DNA of 64,000 nt from an uncultured delta proteobacterium (GTDB lineage: Bacteria > Desulfobacterota > Desulfomonilia > UBA1062): positions 256,001 through 320,000 of the forward strand of contig CAVVYZ010000005.1 of the NCBI GenBank assembly GCA_963752595.1, given 5' to 3'. Shown here piece after piece: positions 61,922 through 64,000 of the stretch. Position numbers and translations under genes: made by a program. Position 1 is the stretch's first letter, and each line of letters starts with the position of its first letter. The notes under the pieces were generated by a model. It had not been told where the DNA came from. It saw only the letters and a list, made by a program, of their open reading frames with translations, and made no database searches.

Positions 61922-62856
61922 GATTCACCCTCCTTTATTTCCGGTGATGAATACAGGATCTTGCCGGAACCGGTGAAGTCATACTCTCCGAGGTTCCGCA
62001 CACGGTCCTTGAACTCAGGAGACCGGAGCATTTCGATGAGGGCCTGTACCGGTTTTTCGAAGAAGCCGGACTTTGAGACGACCATATCGAAACTTTCTGT
62101 CGTGATGGGAATGAAATCGAGATTCAGGAGCCTCGCCACTGCCACGGTCGCGATCCCCGCATCGGCCTCGCCGGAGAGAACGGCAATCCCGACATCCAGG
62201 TGGGTGGAGACTTTGCGGTCGTATCCTGCAACCGTCTCGGGTCCTATCCCTTCCCTGAGCAGGAGATGATCGAAGAGGAGCCTGATGCCCGATCCCTCCT
62301 GCCGGTTCACGAACATCCGGCCATCTTGTACCAGGTCTTTGATGCCCTTGATCTTGAGGGGATTTCCCAGTGCAGTGAGCAGCCCCACCTCGCGGCGGAA
62401 CATGTTCACCACCACAACAGGGAAGCCGGGGAGAAGGCGTTCGACATAGGGTATGTTGTACAGCCCGGTTTCAGGATCGAATAGGTGGCACCACGCGAGG
62501 TCCACATAGCCTCGTTTCAAGGCTGAAAGGCCTTCCATGCTCCCCGTGCCCGCGCTGAAAATGTAGAAGTCCGGGTGAGCTCCCCGGAGGAATGCAATGA
62601 GCACGTCGAGGACAGGGTCATTGCTCCCTGCCGCCAGCAGCGAGCCTGCAATGTGGAGCGATTTCGCCCGCGCCTCCTTCATCCCGCTCTTGGCGCTCTT
62701 CTGGATCCAATCGTCGATGAGATTTTTCGGGAAGATCCACTTGCCCGTGACCTTGGTGCAGGGAATCTTGTCTTCACGGATCAGGGCATAGACCTGCTTT
62801 TCGTGAATATCGAGGTATTTCGCAACCTCTTTTGTGCTCATCATATCCTGTGACAT
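61918..62856 (-). CDS. Excisionase-type HTH + molybdate/tungstate-binding PBP transcriptional regulator (TaoR-like)
   Basis: MSTKEVAKYL..TKVTGKWIF HTH_17; GSND, GSMEGL, VNRQEGSGIR, ADAG; upstream of tupABC. Confidence 0.88.
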   Translation of the reverse strand: MSQDMMSTKEVAKYLDIHEKQVYALIREDKIPCTKVTGKWIFPKNLIDDWIQKSAKSGMKEARAKSLHIAGSLLAAGSNDPVLDVLIAFLRGAHPDFYIFSAGTGSMEGLSALKRGYVDLAWCHLFDPETGLYNIPYVERLLPGFPVVVVNMFRREVGLLTALGNPLKIKGIKDLVQDGRMFVNRQEGSGIRLLFDHLLLREGIGPETVAGYDRKVSTHLDVGIAVLSGEADAGIATVAVARLLNLDFIPITTESFDMVVSKSGFFEKPVQALIEMLRSPEFKDRVRNLGEYDFTGSGKILYSSPEIKEGES

Positions 62857-62937
62857 TCCCTCTCCGGCTCGTATTCTTAAGCATAATACCGAGGGTTTGT
62901 CTATACCAGGTATCCAAATATGATAAAATAATTACTT

Positions 62938-62957
62938 ATATATCTTTATATATCTTT
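62938..62957. promoter_or_regulatory. 10-bp tandem repeat, candidate operator
   Basis: ATATATCTTT twice in AT-rich DNA about 80-100 bp upstream of the regulator. Confidence 0.4.
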
Positions 62958-63004
62958 CAATAGAACCCTTGCTTCATCTATACCGACAATCCTTTTCGGA
63001 ACGA

Positions 63005-64000
63005 TCAGATATCCTGGCGGGTCCTCTTCTTCGTGAGGTTGTATTTCTCCGCCTTGAGGTAGAACGTCTTGTAGTTGAGCCCTGACTCCCTCGCAGCCTC
63101 GGCAATGACCCCGCCGTGCTTTTTCAGGAGATGCTCGAAATACTTCCGCTCGAACTGCTCAATCAGCGTGCTCTTGATGGAATGGTAGTCTGCACCGTCT
63201 CCGGCATCGACCAGGATGGTAGGCGCTTCGGTCGTATCCTCTACCGGGATCGAGACGTACTCGTGGAGATTTTTGCCCAAGTCGGGCAGGTATTCGATCC
63301 GCTCCGTCCTGCTGGACACCATGGCCCTCTGAATCACGTTTTCCATCTCCCGGACATTGCCGGGCCAGGAATAGCCTAAAAGTTGGTTTACAGCCTCCCG
63401 CGATATCGCTGTCACCGGGGAGTTGAACTTCTTCGAGTATTTTTTTATAAAATGATCCACGAGCATCGATATGTCGTCCTTGCGCTCCCGAAGGGGCGGG
63501 ATGATGATGGGAAGCACGCTGATGCGGTAGAAGAGATCCTCGCGGAACAGCTCTTTCTTGATCATGTCCTGGATCGGCCTGTTCGTTGCGCAGATGGTGC
63601 GGAAATCGAGGTCGATCTCGCGGTTGCTCCCCAGACGGGTGATCTTGCCGTCTTCCAGCACACGCAGGATCTTTGCCTGGAGATCAAGGGGGATATCGCC
63701 GATCTCATCGAGGAAGAGCGTCCCGGTGTGCGCCTTTTCGAACTTTCCGACCCGCTGGGTTATGGCTCCGCTGAAAGCGCCCTTCTCATGCCCGAAGAAC
63801 TCGGACTCGAGGAGGTTCTCCGGCACTGCCGCGCAGTTGATGGTCACAAACGGCTTCGCCTTCCTGTCGCTGCGGGAATGGATGGAACGGGCAACGAGTT
63901 CCTTTCCCGTACCGGTCTCCCCGAGGATCAGGACGGTCAGGTTGGTATCGGAAGCAGTGATGATCTGGTCGTAGAGTTTCTGCATCTTGGGATTTGCCCC
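63005..64000 (-). CDS. Sigma54-dependent Fis-family activator (5' part outside the window)
   Basis: GETGTGKE, ESEFFGHEKGAFSGA, FLDEIG, WPGNVRE, terminal HTH. Confidence 0.92.
   Translation of the reverse strand, partial: GANPKMQKLYDQIITASDTNLTVLILGETGTGKELVARSIHSRSDRKAKPFVTINCAAVPENLLESEFFGHEKGAFSGAITQRVGKFEKAHTGTLFLDEIGDIPLDLQAKILRVLEDGKITRLGSNREIDLDFRTICATNRPIQDMIKKELFREDLFYRISVLPIIIPPLRERKDDISMLVDHFIKKYSKKFNSPVTAISREAVNQLLGYSWPGNVREMENVIQRAMVSSRTERIEYLPDLGKNLHEYVSIPVEDTTEAPTILVDAGDGADYHSIKSTLIEQFERKYFEHLLKKHGGVIAEAARESGLNYKTFYLKAEKYNLTKKRTRQDI

Overview
Chromosomal window from a Gram-negative bacterium. Gene content and order (lipid A operon, TupABC, many PAS kinases and sigma54 activators) suggest Desulfobacterota/Deltaproteobacteria, which is an inference. 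In order, it holds: a bamA-skp-lpxD-lpxA-(gnnA-like)-lpxB-msbA-lpxK-gmhB operon with two lpxL-like genes; tRNA-Cys; a PAS histidine kinase; an omptin; a catalytically degenerate class I adenylate cyclase homolog next to a pseudo-receiver/TPR gene; a eukaryote-like 6-phosphofructo-2-kinase/fructose-2,6-bisphosphatase; tRNA-Gln and tRNA-Glu followed by a tRNA-Met 3' fragment and an island scar; an HK/RR/HD-GYP trio; a CsgG-family/CBM-like/PASTA operon; a cold-shock gene; a GNAT; glnS fused to a Trbp111-like domain; a moxR-DUF58-batABCDE operon; a hybrid kinase; hsp20; a sigma54 activator with its likely target chemosensory operon; pncA; an MFS transporter; tupABC with a Xis-HTH/PBP regulator; and a partial sigma54 activator. 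Many single-base frameshifts, very dense in cheA, probably reflect long-read consensus errors. The best candidates for undescribed biology are the dead-cyclase/dead-receiver pair, the bacterial PFK-2/FBPase-2, the CsgG-PASTA module and the GlnRS-Trbp111 fusion. All family assignments come from motif recognition by eye; no searches were run.
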